This document shows, piece by piece, positions 20,431 through 28,709 of a stretch of 64,000 nt of DNA. The notes under the pieces were generated by a model. The model did no database searches and had not been told where the DNA came from. It was given only the letters and a program-made list of their open reading frames with translations. The position numbers and the translations under genes were made by a program. The DNA is from an uncultured delta proteobacterium (GTDB taxonomy: Bacteria > Desulfobacterota > RBG-13-43-22), in NCBI GenBank assembly GCA_963743305.1, contig CAVUPH010000016.1, positions 1-64,000 of the forward strand. Reading direction: 5' to 3'. The stretch's first letter is position 1, and the number at the start of each line of letters is the position of its first letter.

Positions 20431-21130
20431 GTAGTTTCTGAATAAACTTGACAGGGGCCGTTTAGAACGCCAGTAAAGGGAACATGCCCAGACAACTGCG
20501 GCTGGATGCCCCCGGGACCCTGCATCACGTCATGGGCCGGGGGATCGAGACCAGCAAGATATTTAGAACCAGGAAAGACCGGGAGGACTTCATCGACCGG
20601 CTGGCGGAATTGTGCCGGTCCGGCAGTTGGGCCGTGTATGCCTGGGCGTTGATGCCCAACCATTTTCACCGCTGGTGCGCACCGGAAAAGAGCCACTGGC
20701 CCGGAGCATGCGGCGCCCGATGACCGGCTACGCCATCAACTTCAACCTGCGGGGCGGAAAGGCCTGCGGATGGCCGCCGATGAGCGCGTTCTGGGCGATA
20801 GGGACTTTCTAGAGGAGATCTGGTCCGAGTCCGCGGAACGGGAAAAGGAAACTCCTAGAAGAAAAGGTCCGGGGATGGATTTGGAGGCCCTGGCCCGGGA
20901 GATCGCCGCGGACCAGGGGATCACCGAAACGGATCTCTGCTCCGGGAGTCGGAAGCGGGAGGTTTCTGAAGCCCGAAGAGGGTTTTGTCGGGCCTCTGTG
21001 GGCTTGCTGGGGTATCCTGTGGCGGCCGTGGCCCGGTTCCTCGGGGTGACCACCGCGGGGGTGGTGCGGGCCGCTCGGACCGGATAATTGCCAGACCGGT
21101 TGCTCGGGGAGAATTATTCAGAAATACCCT
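20431..21130 (+). mobile_element. Decayed REP-associated tyrosine (Y1/HUH) transposase unit with inverted ends
   Basis: Inverted repeat TTTCTGAATAA (20435-20445) / TTATTCAGAAA (21114-21124) brackets the gene; the left end continues as GGGGGAC beyond the IS110. Confidence 0.6.
20484..21087 (+). pseudogene. RAYT-like Y1 transposase with C-terminal HTH; frameshifted and internally deleted
   Basis: MPRQLRLDAPGTLHHVMGRGI...YAWALMPNHFH (HUH), then MTGYAINFN in another frame, then DERVLGD.DF...SGSR..EVSEAR...VARFLGVT tail; central part missing. Confidence 0.8.
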
Positions 21131-21178
21131 CGGCTTTCTGGTATGATCAAGGTTATTCAGGCTATGAGGTGGTGACTT

Positions 21179-21415
21179 ATGTCCGTTGTTTTACAGATGG
21201 ATATGCCGGAAACCGCTTTTTCCTCCACAAGGAAAAGTCCCTCAGAATTTGCGGCCGAGATGCGCCTGGCAGCCGCCGTCAAGTGGTATGAAATGGGGAT
21301 AATATCCCATCGCGAAAGTCTTGAAAAGCTGATAACCGCGAGATGCCATCGAATCATGGCTTTGCCCGGAAGCCCTAACGTGGGAACAGTGGCTGGCCGG
21401 ACAAGAGATGTATGA
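21179..21415 (+). pseudogene. UPF0175 family antitoxin-like protein, 3' truncated
   Basis: MPETAFSSTRKSPSEFAAEMRLAAAVKWYEMGIIS matches the family N-terminus; the expected AAE.AG HTH continuation is absent. Confidence 0.65.
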
Positions 21416-21440
21416 TCAATTATCCAGGAATGGTGAGTCT

Positions 21441-21764
21441 ATGAAACTGGCAGAGAATGAAGAACGGGCATTGAAACGATTGCGAGTGGAATTGTTCGCG
21501 AGATATCCGATCATTGATTTTCGCCTCTATGGATCGAAAGCAAGGGGAGAGGGAAGGCAGGACTCTGATCTGGATGTCATGATAGAACTTCCCGATTATG
21601 ACCGGGGGATGGTAGCAGAGATTGACGACATCGTCTATCGGATCAATCTGGAGCATGATGTTTTCATTTCCGCTCTGGTTTTCGGAAAGGATGAACTGGA
21701 AGAGGGACCGATGTCCGAATCCCCAATTTATAAAGTCATCCAGCGAGAAGGGGTTCCGCTATGA
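21441..21764 (+). CDS. Minimal nucleotidyltransferase (MNT) antitoxin
   Basis: LYGSKARGEGRQDSDLDV motif; ends I.REGVPL; ATGA overlap with HEPN gene. Confidence 0.88.
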   Translation: MKLAENEERALKRLRVELFARYPIIDFRLYGSKARGEGRQDSDLDVMIELPDYDRGMVAEIDDIVYRINLEHDVFISALVFGKDELEEGPMSESPIYKVIQREGVPL

Positions 21765-22192
21765 GCATAGATGAGAAGAAGAAATTGCTCGCCCGGCACA
21801 GATTGCAGCAGGCGGCGGAGAGCCTTCAAGAAGCTCAATATCTCTTCGCTGGCGAGAAAAGCCTCCGCTCTGTGGTTAATCGCGTTTATTATGGAATGTT
21901 CTACGCTGTCCTGGCCCTTCTAATCTATGAGCCCTATGCATCGTCAAAACATAGCGGCGTGTTGGCCTACTTCAACAAACATTTCGTGAAAGGCGGCCTC
22001 TTTTCTGATTCCATGGGGCGTTCTCTAAACAAGGCATTCGAGCTCAGGCAGCGAGGCGATTATCGGGAATATTTCGAACTGACAAAAGATCAGGTGGAGC
22101 CGCTCCTCGATGAGGCTGCACAGTTTGTCGCTGCCGTCCGAAAATATCTGGATGAGAAAGTCGGCTCGCAGGAAAACCAGCATAAGGATTGA
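21761..22192 (+). CDS. HEPN domain protein (UPF0332-like)
   Basis: VNRVYYGMFYAVLALL, SKHSGV..YF...FVK.G and AFELRQRGDY motifs. Confidence 0.88.
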   Translation: MSIDEKKKLLARHRLQQAAESLQEAQYLFAGEKSLRSVVNRVYYGMFYAVLALLIYEPYASSKHSGVLAYFNKHFVKGGLFSDSMGRSLNKAFELRQRGDYREYFELTKDQVEPLLDEAAQFVAAVRKYLDEKVGSQENQHKD

Positions 22193-22199
22193 TACTTTG

Positions 22200-22475
22200 A
22201 TGAAAGATCAATCATTTAAAGACTGGTTGCAACAGCAGATCCAAGTTGTCCTCGCCACAGCAAGAGCGCCGATCCCGTTTATTCTCTGGTGCGACCCGCA
22301 GCGGGAATGGAAAGAAATTCTCCGATTTCAGGGTCCTATCATCCGGTATGACCTGGTCGCCTTCGACGAGGTGGCCGGTCCCAATTTCAAAAAGGAAAAC
22401 GACAAGCTTTTGCGGCAAAGAGACGACGAGGCCGCCGGGTTTTGGGTCGGTACCGCGCGGAATGACCATATATAA
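22200..22475 (+). pseudogene. Chimeric remnant: PglZ-like N-terminus joined to a BrxL-like internal fragment
   Basis: FILWCDPQREWKEIL resembles the PglZ N-terminal W.DP..EW motif; G.I.RYDLVAFDEVAG..FK resembles the BrxL Walker-B region. Confidence 0.5.
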
Positions 22476-22501
22476 GGATTTTGAGGCCAAAGGGGATTGT
22501 C

Positions 22502-22822
22502 ATGCTAACCCATGAAGATCAGGGAGTGTTAACGGAATTGACTGCTCGGATCAGGGAGCGATTTCCCGGCGCGCGCGTCTGGGCTTATGGATCAAGAGCC
22601 CGTGGGACGGCGGCCTGGGATTCCGATTTCGATGTCTGCATCGTACTCCCACAGGTTGATCAGGAGATAGACCGCTGGATACGGGATATGGCCTGGGAGG
22701 TCGGGTTCGAAAACGACCGCGTCATAACCACTGTGGTCATGGATCAGGAGGAGTTTGAACACGGCCCCATGTCCGAAAGTACCCTGGTTGGTAATATCCT
22801 GCAGGAGGGGGTGGCGGCCTGA
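22502..22822 (+). CDS. Orphan minimal nucleotidyltransferase (MNT)
   Basis: VWAYGSRARGTAAWDSDFDVCIV; ends NILQEGVAA; no HEPN partner follows. Confidence 0.85.
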   Translation: MLTHEDQGVLTELTARIRERFPGARVWAYGSRARGTAAWDSDFDVCIVLPQVDQEIDRWIRDMAWEVGFENDRVITTVVMDQEEFEHGPMSESTLVGNILQEGVAA

Positions 22823-22830
22823 TGTCGGTT

Positions 22831-25152
22831 TCAGGATTCAGCGGGTTTTTTCGGGAAATAGACGGAGAACTCCGTTTCTCCGGAATGAAGGCAGTCTTCG
22901 GCGTTTTGGCAGAAGGGGCAGCGGCTGATCCGGCCGGGACACAGATCGCTGTCCCGGGGGATGAAGCGACAGCGCCGTGAAGTCTGGGTGATTTGAAACC
23001 CGTATCTTTCCGAGAGGATTTTGATGCGGAGCAGGTCCGCCCCTTTTCCTCCGGCGTTAAAGGCATAAGGGCGTTTGGAGGAGTAGTCCATCACCTCTTG
23101 GGTGGGGAAAAATCCTTCAAAAAGCCGTTTCTGGTTTTCTTCGGTAATCCCTTGTCCGTAGTCGTGAATCCGTAGGAGCGCACCGTCTCCCTGGCGCCGG
23201 ATAAGAATTTCAATCGTTCCTTCATCGGGCGTATTCTCGACGGCATTGCGCAGTAAACCGTCAAAAACCTTTTGGAAAATCTCCGGCGGAAAGAGGATGG
23301 AGGTATCGGGCTCCAGCGTGGTGCTGATTTTCACCTGGCGGTGGGAGAACTCCGGTTCCAATTGCCGGAGCCGTTCCCTGACCCGGCGATCAAGAACAAT
23401 TTCCTCGGCGACGGCCTCCCGAGGGCCGTAGAGGCGGTCAATGTGTTTTTTGATTCGTGCGTACAGACTTTCCTCCCCACTGTATTCCACGGCCACCGAA
23501 GCCAGTTCCTCAGCGCATTGATCCAGCAGGAGGGAAAGGAGACCGGCCGTCTTCAAAGGGCGTTCACTCATAATGTCTTCAACCTGATACTGGATCTCCA
23601 GGATACGGTCCAGGTTTCGTTTAATTCGCTCCACGGCCGGCTTCCAGGCTTCTTCCCGCAGAGAGGTATTTTTTTGTGAGAGGAAACGAAGGGAACTGGA
23701 GAGGATGGCCACCGGGGTGGTCAGTTCGTGGGATAAATGATTGATGGCTTTATCTTTGGCCCGATTGAGGCTCGTGACTTCCCGGTAGGCCTTTTGGAGT
23801 TCCAGTGTTACCCGGGCATTTTCGATGGAGAGGGCCACGGTCCCGGCGATCAGACTTAATAGTTCCAGGTCTTCCTGGATAAAAGCCCCCTCCTTCTTGT
23901 TGATGGCGCAAAGGGCTCCGATGATGTGGTCTACCGATTTCAAAGGAACCAGGGCCAGCGTCTTGGTTTGATACCCCAATTTCTTGTCCCGCTCCGCGTG
24001 GAGTTCGAGGTCCTCGGAGGGGTCTGTTACGATTAGCGGCTCTCCGGTCTGGATGACCTTGCCGGCCATTAACCCGTTTATCGGGAAGCGGCGCTCCTTC
24101 ACTTTCTTATCCCTCAGGGCTTCATCAAAGGCGGCGCCGGGGAAATACAATTCCTGCCTTTCTTCATCCAGCAGCGTAGTGACCGCCCCCTCGCTCTGGA
24201 GCAGGGTTTTCACTTCCTCGTTGACGTAATCCAGGAGGTCTTCCAGGTCCGGATAAAGAGGCAGCGCTCGGCTGATCCGCAGCAACGCCTCGTTGGTCCG
24301 GGCCATCCGTTTTTCCCGGGTGACATCCCGTAGGGTGACGATCTGGCCGGCCGGCTCGTCCGGGGATAATGAAAAAACCGCCGCCCGGATCACCACGTCC
24401 AAAAGGCGGCCGTCCTTGGTTAAACGCTGGGCCTCGTAACGCATAATCACCCGATCGTACAAAAGCCGCTTGATGTTTTCGTCGGTTTCCTTTTTCAGAT
24501 CGGGTGGCACGTAGGGGATTTTTTTCCCTTCCAGTTCCTCGAGAGTCCAGCCGAAAATCTCAGTAAAGGCCGGATTGAGATAGGATACCAAGCCCTCCAA
24601 AGTAAAAACAACTATCGGATAAGGTTCGAAGTCCAGGAGGGCCCTCAACCGTCTTTCGGACTTTTGCAGGGCTCTCTCGGACTTTTTTCTGTCGGTTATA
24701 TCCTGGAGGGTCTCGATGGCGCCGTTGACCCTTCCCCGGGCGTCATGCAGCGGGGCAGCGGTAAAAAACAGCCACTTTCCGCCCGTGGATAAATTCGGGA
24801 AAAAGTCTTCTACCTCAAAGGCGCCTTCGATCAGGGATGATTTCTTGTATTTATCGGCATAATGCTGGGCAATCTCCACCTCGGTGGCTTCCTGGACGAT
24901 ATAATCGGCCAGAGTCGGACGGTGGGTCGGGTAGAAAGCCTGCCACTGGTTCTGGGTCCCGATGAGAGATTCCGCCGAAAGGCCGGTCAGGTTTTCAAAG
25001 GCTTTGTTGCAATGCGTAATACAATGCCGATCGTCAATCACAAAGGCGGCGATGGACAGCCCTTGAATAATCTGGGAAAGTCGGGCTTTACTCGATACCC
25101 TGGGGGTTGATGGGAGGCCTGCGAACAACGATGTATTTTTCTTCCTGGGCAT
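22831..25152 (-). CDS. PAS-PAS-GAF sensor histidine kinase
   Basis: Two PAS/PAC domains, GAF, H-box HLSHELTTP, N-box LLRNAVEN, DYGQGI, GGKGADL; start taken at MPRKK. Confidence 0.88.
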   Translation of the reverse strand: MPRKKNTSLFAGLPSTPRVSSKARLSQIIQGLSIAAFVIDDRHCITHCNKAFENLTGLSAESLIGTQNQWQAFYPTHRPTLADYIVQEATEVEIAQHYADKYKKSSLIEGAFEVEDFFPNLSTGGKWLFFTAAPLHDARGRVNGAIETLQDITDRKKSERALQKSERRLRALLDFEPYPIVVFTLEGLVSYLNPAFTEIFGWTLEELEGKKIPYVPPDLKKETDENIKRLLYDRVIMRYEAQRLTKDGRLLDVVIRAAVFSLSPDEPAGQIVTLRDVTREKRMARTNEALLRISRALPLYPDLEDLLDYVNEEVKTLLQSEGAVTTLLDEERQELYFPGAAFDEALRDKKVKERRFPINGLMAGKVIQTGEPLIVTDPSEDLELHAERDKKLGYQTKTLALVPLKSVDHIIGALCAINKKEGAFIQEDLELLSLIAGTVALSIENARVTLELQKAYREVTSLNRAKDKAINHLSHELTTPVAILSSSLRFLSQKNTSLREEAWKPAVERIKRNLDRILEIQYQVEDIMSERPLKTAGLLSLLLDQCAEELASVAVEYSGEESLYARIKKHIDRLYGPREAVAEEIVLDRRVRERLRQLEPEFSHRQVKISTTLEPDTSILFPPEIFQKVFDGLLRNAVENTPDEGTIEILIRRQGDGALLRIHDYGQGITEENQKRLFEGFFPTQEVMDYSSKRPYAFNAGGKGADLLRIKILSERYGFQITQTSRRCRFIPRDSDLCPGRISRCPFCQNAEDCLHSGETEFSVYFPKKPAES

Positions 25153-25750
25153 TGAAATAGGTCGCCCTGACAATTCTATGAATGGGTTCGATCCGCGGGA
25201 TTGGCATATCCCCGGGAACAATTGGCTCAAGGAGGAATACAAAACCGGATCAATGGTATTACGAAGATAACCCATTGTCAATGCTTAATAAAAAAATAGA
25301 GGGCCTCTATTCATTGAATAGCAGGGCAGGGTTTCCGAGGACAAAGAAATACAGCAGGTAACGGATAGTCGTTATTATAGAAATACCGTATTTAAGTAGC
25401 AGAAAATAAAGTGGATTGCTTATTTACTTTTAACAGGTCCAGACCTATAAGAATTAAAAGGGATAATAGAAATTTTTGATAGGTAAGGGGCGCTTTTCCC
25501 TCGATCCAAAGGGAAAAAAATTCCCTGCGGAGGATTTTTTGGTTAACTTATTGAATTTTAAATTATAAATTGTGTCAAGCCCATGACAGGCCCTGTAGGA
25601 TAATTAATACAAAATTAACAGCCGGCAGAAAATAAGAAAGGACATTATATTTAAAAGATAAATTATATCAATTAGATATAAAAAATTGTTTTTGTTTGCA
25701 TAATATTTGCATGAATATCCAGGAAATACCTTAATCAGGGAGGATGGGGC

Positions 25751-25906
25751 ATGTTCTTATTCTTTTTGGGTACTATTTTAGGATGCTCGTTAGGTATCGT
25801 TTTCGTAGCCCTGCTTATGAAATCCAAGGAAACGGACGAATCGGCCTGTCAGGCCCTTCGGGAGGCGCCTATTATGGCCGAGGAAAACTTGGTCATCACC
25901 CGCTAG
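25751..25906 (+). CDS. Small 51-aa single-TM protein (not in the ORF track)
   Basis: Own translation MFLFFLGTILGCSLGIVFVALLMKSKETDESACQALREAPIMAEENLVITR; GGGAGG RBS 7 nt upstream. Confidence 0.6.
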   Translation: MFLFFLGTILGCSLGIVFVALLMKSKETDESACQALREAPIMAEENLVITR

Positions 25907-25999
25907 TTTCCCCCACTTTGGGAATTATTTGCAATTCTCTGGTAATCCCCGGGATGATAGATTGGAATAAGATCAAATCATCAAAGGAGGGATTAGAGT

Positions 26000-26434
26000 A
26001 TGAAAAAATGGGTCGCTGGATGGGTGGGAATCCTTTTTTTTCTGGGGATGGGTATAAGGGAGATGGGGGTACAGGCCGGCAACCATTTTCCTGCGGGCGA
26101 AATCCTGGCTAAAAAGGATAAGGAAAAAGAAGAAAAAGGACTAAAAAATAAAGAGGAAAAGTTAGAGGCCAAAGAAAGAGAACTGAATTCCAGAGAAGAA
26201 GCGCTGAATAAGAAAGAAGAAACGCTGAAAAAGTGGGAAGATAAACTCAAAAAGCAAGCCAGGAGATTCCGCCGAGGGGTTCAGCAGGGAGCGGGCGCCG
26301 GGCTTCAGCAGACTCCGGGAGCTCCTGTGGGCTTTTCCCCGAGAACAACCATCCCTAAGTCCCTGCCCCAGCCGAATATAGCGGTCCCTAAAAACCCTCC
26401 ACCCCCGGCCGCAACAACTCCACCCCGGCAGTAA
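26000..26434 (+). CDS. Hypothetical exported protein with charged coiled coil and Pro-rich tail
   Basis: Signal-peptide-like N-terminus, heptad K/E repeats, AAGGAGG RBS, terminator downstream. Confidence 0.65.
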   Translation: MKKWVAGWVGILFFLGMGIREMGVQAGNHFPAGEILAKKDKEKEEKGLKNKEEKLEAKERELNSREEALNKKEETLKKWEDKLKKQARRFRRGVQQGAGAGLQQTPGAPVGFSPRTTIPKSLPQPNIAVPKNPPPPAATTPPRQ

Positions 26435-26451
26435 ACCTAACCGTCCCTTTA

Positions 26452-26483
26452 AAAAGAAACCCGCTTAACGGCGGGTTTCTTTT
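26452..26483. terminator. Bidirectional intrinsic terminator
   Basis: AAAAGAAACCCGC-TTAACG-GCGGGTTTCTTTT between convergent genes. Confidence 0.85.
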
Positions 26484-26488
26484 GGCCT

Positions 26489-27175
26489 TTAGGAAAGTAA
26501 GGGCAGCAAGTCCCCGGGTTTTTCTATAAGCCACCGCGCTCCCTGATCCCTGAGTTCATCGGCCTGGCGGAAACCCCAGAGGACTCCCACCGCTGCCATC
26601 CCGGCAGCGCCGGCCGTTTTCATGTCAATTCCGGTATCCCCCAAGTAGATAAAATATTCCGGCGCGATTTGTAGGGCTTGGGCGATTTCAAGCGCCCCGG
26701 CCGGGTCGGGTTTTTTCGGAACCGAGGGCCGGGCCCCGAAGACCGGCCTAAACCGCCAGCGGGGCAAAAGCTTGGCCACCATGATTTGGGTGAAATGGTC
26801 CAATTTATTGGAAAGGATAGCCATCTTGAGTCCCAGACCGGTCAAGTGATCCAATAATTCCGGGATCCCGGGGTAGGGGTGGGTCTTGTTTTCCCAGCGG
26901 CGACTGTATTCCTCCCGCAACGCTCCCAGGCAGTGATCCAGTAATTCCGGCCGGAGTTGATCCTCCGGCAGGGCCCTTCGGATCAGGGCTTCCACTCCCT
27001 CACCCACGAAGTATTTATAAGCGCTGAGAGGATGGTTGGGAAAACCAAGGTCGGTCAGAACCTTATTCATGGAATCCGCCAGATCTTCGATGGTATCCAA
27101 CAGGGTCCCGTCGAGGTCAAAAATAATGCCCGCGTATCTCGATTTGATTTTCATTTTCGAATCCTGATTATTCAT
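26489..27175 (-). CDS. HAD-family hydrolase (phosphoglycolate phosphatase-like)
   Basis: FDLDGTLLDT, LSNK, KKPDP and YLGDTGID motifs. Confidence 0.92.
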   Translation of the reverse strand: MNNQDSKMKIKSRYAGIIFDLDGTLLDTIEDLADSMNKVLTDLGFPNHPLSAYKYFVGEGVEALIRRALPEDQLRPELLDHCLGALREEYSRRWENKTHPYPGIPELLDHLTGLGLKMAILSNKLDHFTQIMVAKLLPRWRFRPVFGARPSVPKKPDPAGALEIAQALQIAPEYFIYLGDTGIDMKTAGAAGMAAVGVLWGFRQADELRDQGARWLIEKPGDLLPLLS

Positions 27176-27235
27176 TGACTACTCTCCGTTATTTCCATAT
27201 AGTTTTGATAATCACCTAGAGGAGGTAACGACCCC

Positions 27236-27778
27236 ATGGCGGAACTAGTGGACATTCTTAAAGGCCGTAGATCCATTCGAAATTACCATGACCAGGAGAT
27301 CCCGGAAGAGGTCTTGGCGCATATATTGGAGGCCGTGCAATGGTCGCCTTCCTGGGCCAATACCCAGTGTTGGGAGGTAATTGTCGTCAAAAACAAGGAA
27401 ACCCAGCAGAAGCTCCAGGAGACCTTGTCCCAGGGCAATCCGGCCACGCGGGCCATGATGGAGGCGCCGGCGATTCTGGTGCTCTGCGGTAAACAGGGCG
27501 TTTCCGGCTCCTACAAGGGGCAGGTGACCACCAAATTCGGTGACTGGTTCATGTTTGACTTGGGCCTGGCTACCCAGAGCCTCTGTCTGGCAGCCTGGAA
27601 TCTGGGTTTGGGTACGGTGGTGGTCGGACTCTTTGATCATAATCGAGCGGCCGCTGTCCTGGGGGTACCCGCAGGCTATGAACTTGTAGCCATGGTGCCC
27701 TTAGGCTATCCGGCCAAACAACCGGCAGCGCCCAAACGAAGAGAGATCAGCGCGTTCACCCACCAGGAAAAATTTTAA
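27236..27778 (+). CDS. Nitroreductase family protein
   Basis: RRSIRNY, SPSWANTQCW, GLGTVVVG and PLGYP motifs. Confidence 0.92.
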   Translation: MAELVDILKGRRSIRNYHDQEIPEEVLAHILEAVQWSPSWANTQCWEVIVVKNKETQQKLQETLSQGNPATRAMMEAPAILVLCGKQGVSGSYKGQVTTKFGDWFMFDLGLATQSLCLAAWNLGLGTVVVGLFDHNRAAAVLGVPAGYELVAMVPLGYPAKQPAAPKRREISAFTHQEKF

Positions 27779-27831
27779 TTTCGGATTTAAAGGTTCTCGA
27801 ATGACCCGAAGGGGCTTTTTGCTGGGTTATC

Positions 27832-28569
27832 CTATCTTTTAAACAAGTGTTTGATTGCCCCCCAGCCCATTTTGCGGCGTAACATACCAAGCTGATCCTG
27901 TAAGGGGAGTTGTTTGGGGCAGACATCTTCGCAGCCCAATAAGCCCATACAACCGAAAATGCCTTCATCGGTCCCAACCACTTCAAAGTACTCCCGCTCC
28001 CGACGCTGGTCCCGGGGGTCGAGCATGAACCGGGCGATACGATTCAGGGCCACGGCCCCGATAAAATCCGGACGCATGTTGGCCGTGCCGCAGGCGGCCA
28101 CGCAACAACCGCATTCCACACAGCGCTCCAATTCGTAGATTTCGTCGGCCAGGCGGTTATCCATCCGCTCTTCCGGCGCCGTGGGGTCCAAGACCTTGTC
28201 GGTATGAATCCAGGACTGGACCTGTTCGTTCATTCCCCGAAACCAGGTCCCCGTATCCACGGATAAATCTCCGACCAGTTTGAAAACCGGCAAAGGGAGC
28301 AGGGTGATATCCTCGGGCAGGTCCTTGGTCTTGGTATGACAGGCCAGGTCGGGCCGGCCGTTGATCAGCATGGCACAGGAGCCGCAGATACCGGCCCGGC
28401 AGCAGAAATCAAATTGCAGGCTGGAATCCTGCTCCTCCCGGATGCGGTTCAGGGCCAGAAACAAGGTCAGGCTGTCCGTTTCCTCCACCTGGAAATCCTC
28501 CATCCGGGGGTGGGAATCGGGATCCTGCGGGTTGTAGCGAAAGATGTGAAAAGTCAACGTGCGGGCCAT
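27832..28569 (-). CDS. frdB: Fumarate reductase iron-sulfur subunit
   Basis: FCCRAGICGSC 2Fe-2S motif, CVECGCCVAAC and CMGLLGCEDVCP. Confidence 0.93.
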   Translation of the reverse strand: MARTLTFHIFRYNPQDPDSHPRMEDFQVEETDSLTLFLALNRIREEQDSSLQFDFCCRAGICGSCAMLINGRPDLACHTKTKDLPEDITLLPLPVFKLVGDLSVDTGTWFRGMNEQVQSWIHTDKVLDPTAPEERMDNRLADEIYELERCVECGCCVAACGTANMRPDFIGAVALNRIARFMLDPRDQRREREYFEVVGTDEGIFGCMGLLGCEDVCPKQLPLQDQLGMLRRKMGWGAIKHLFKR

Positions 28570-28597
28570 AGGGTAGCGCTCCTCAATTTTCGGTTAC

Positions 28598-28705
28598 TAA
28601 GCGACAGGGCGCGGAGCGCGAAGCGCTTAGCGTAAAAAAGAATCCGGTGGACTTTGGTTGAAAATAGTTTTCCCGCGCTCGGCGCTAAGCGCTTTGCGCC
28701 TGCCG
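28598..28705. repeat. Heptamer-periodic inverted repeat between frdA and frdB
   Basis: GGCGCGG AGCGCGA AGCGCTT AGCG ... CGCGCT CGGCGCT AAGCGCT TTGCGCC; the arms are complementary. Confidence 0.6.
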
Positions 28706-28709
28706 TCTG

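Noticed and set aside
25694-25712. Sigma-54 promoter
   Set aside because: It has TTGC at -12 but lacks the invariant GG at -24.
25744-26112. 122-aa ORF MGHVLILF
   Set aside because: It overlaps the 26000 gene and has no recognisable features. The 51-aa frame at 25751 has better RBS spacing and a clear TM helix.
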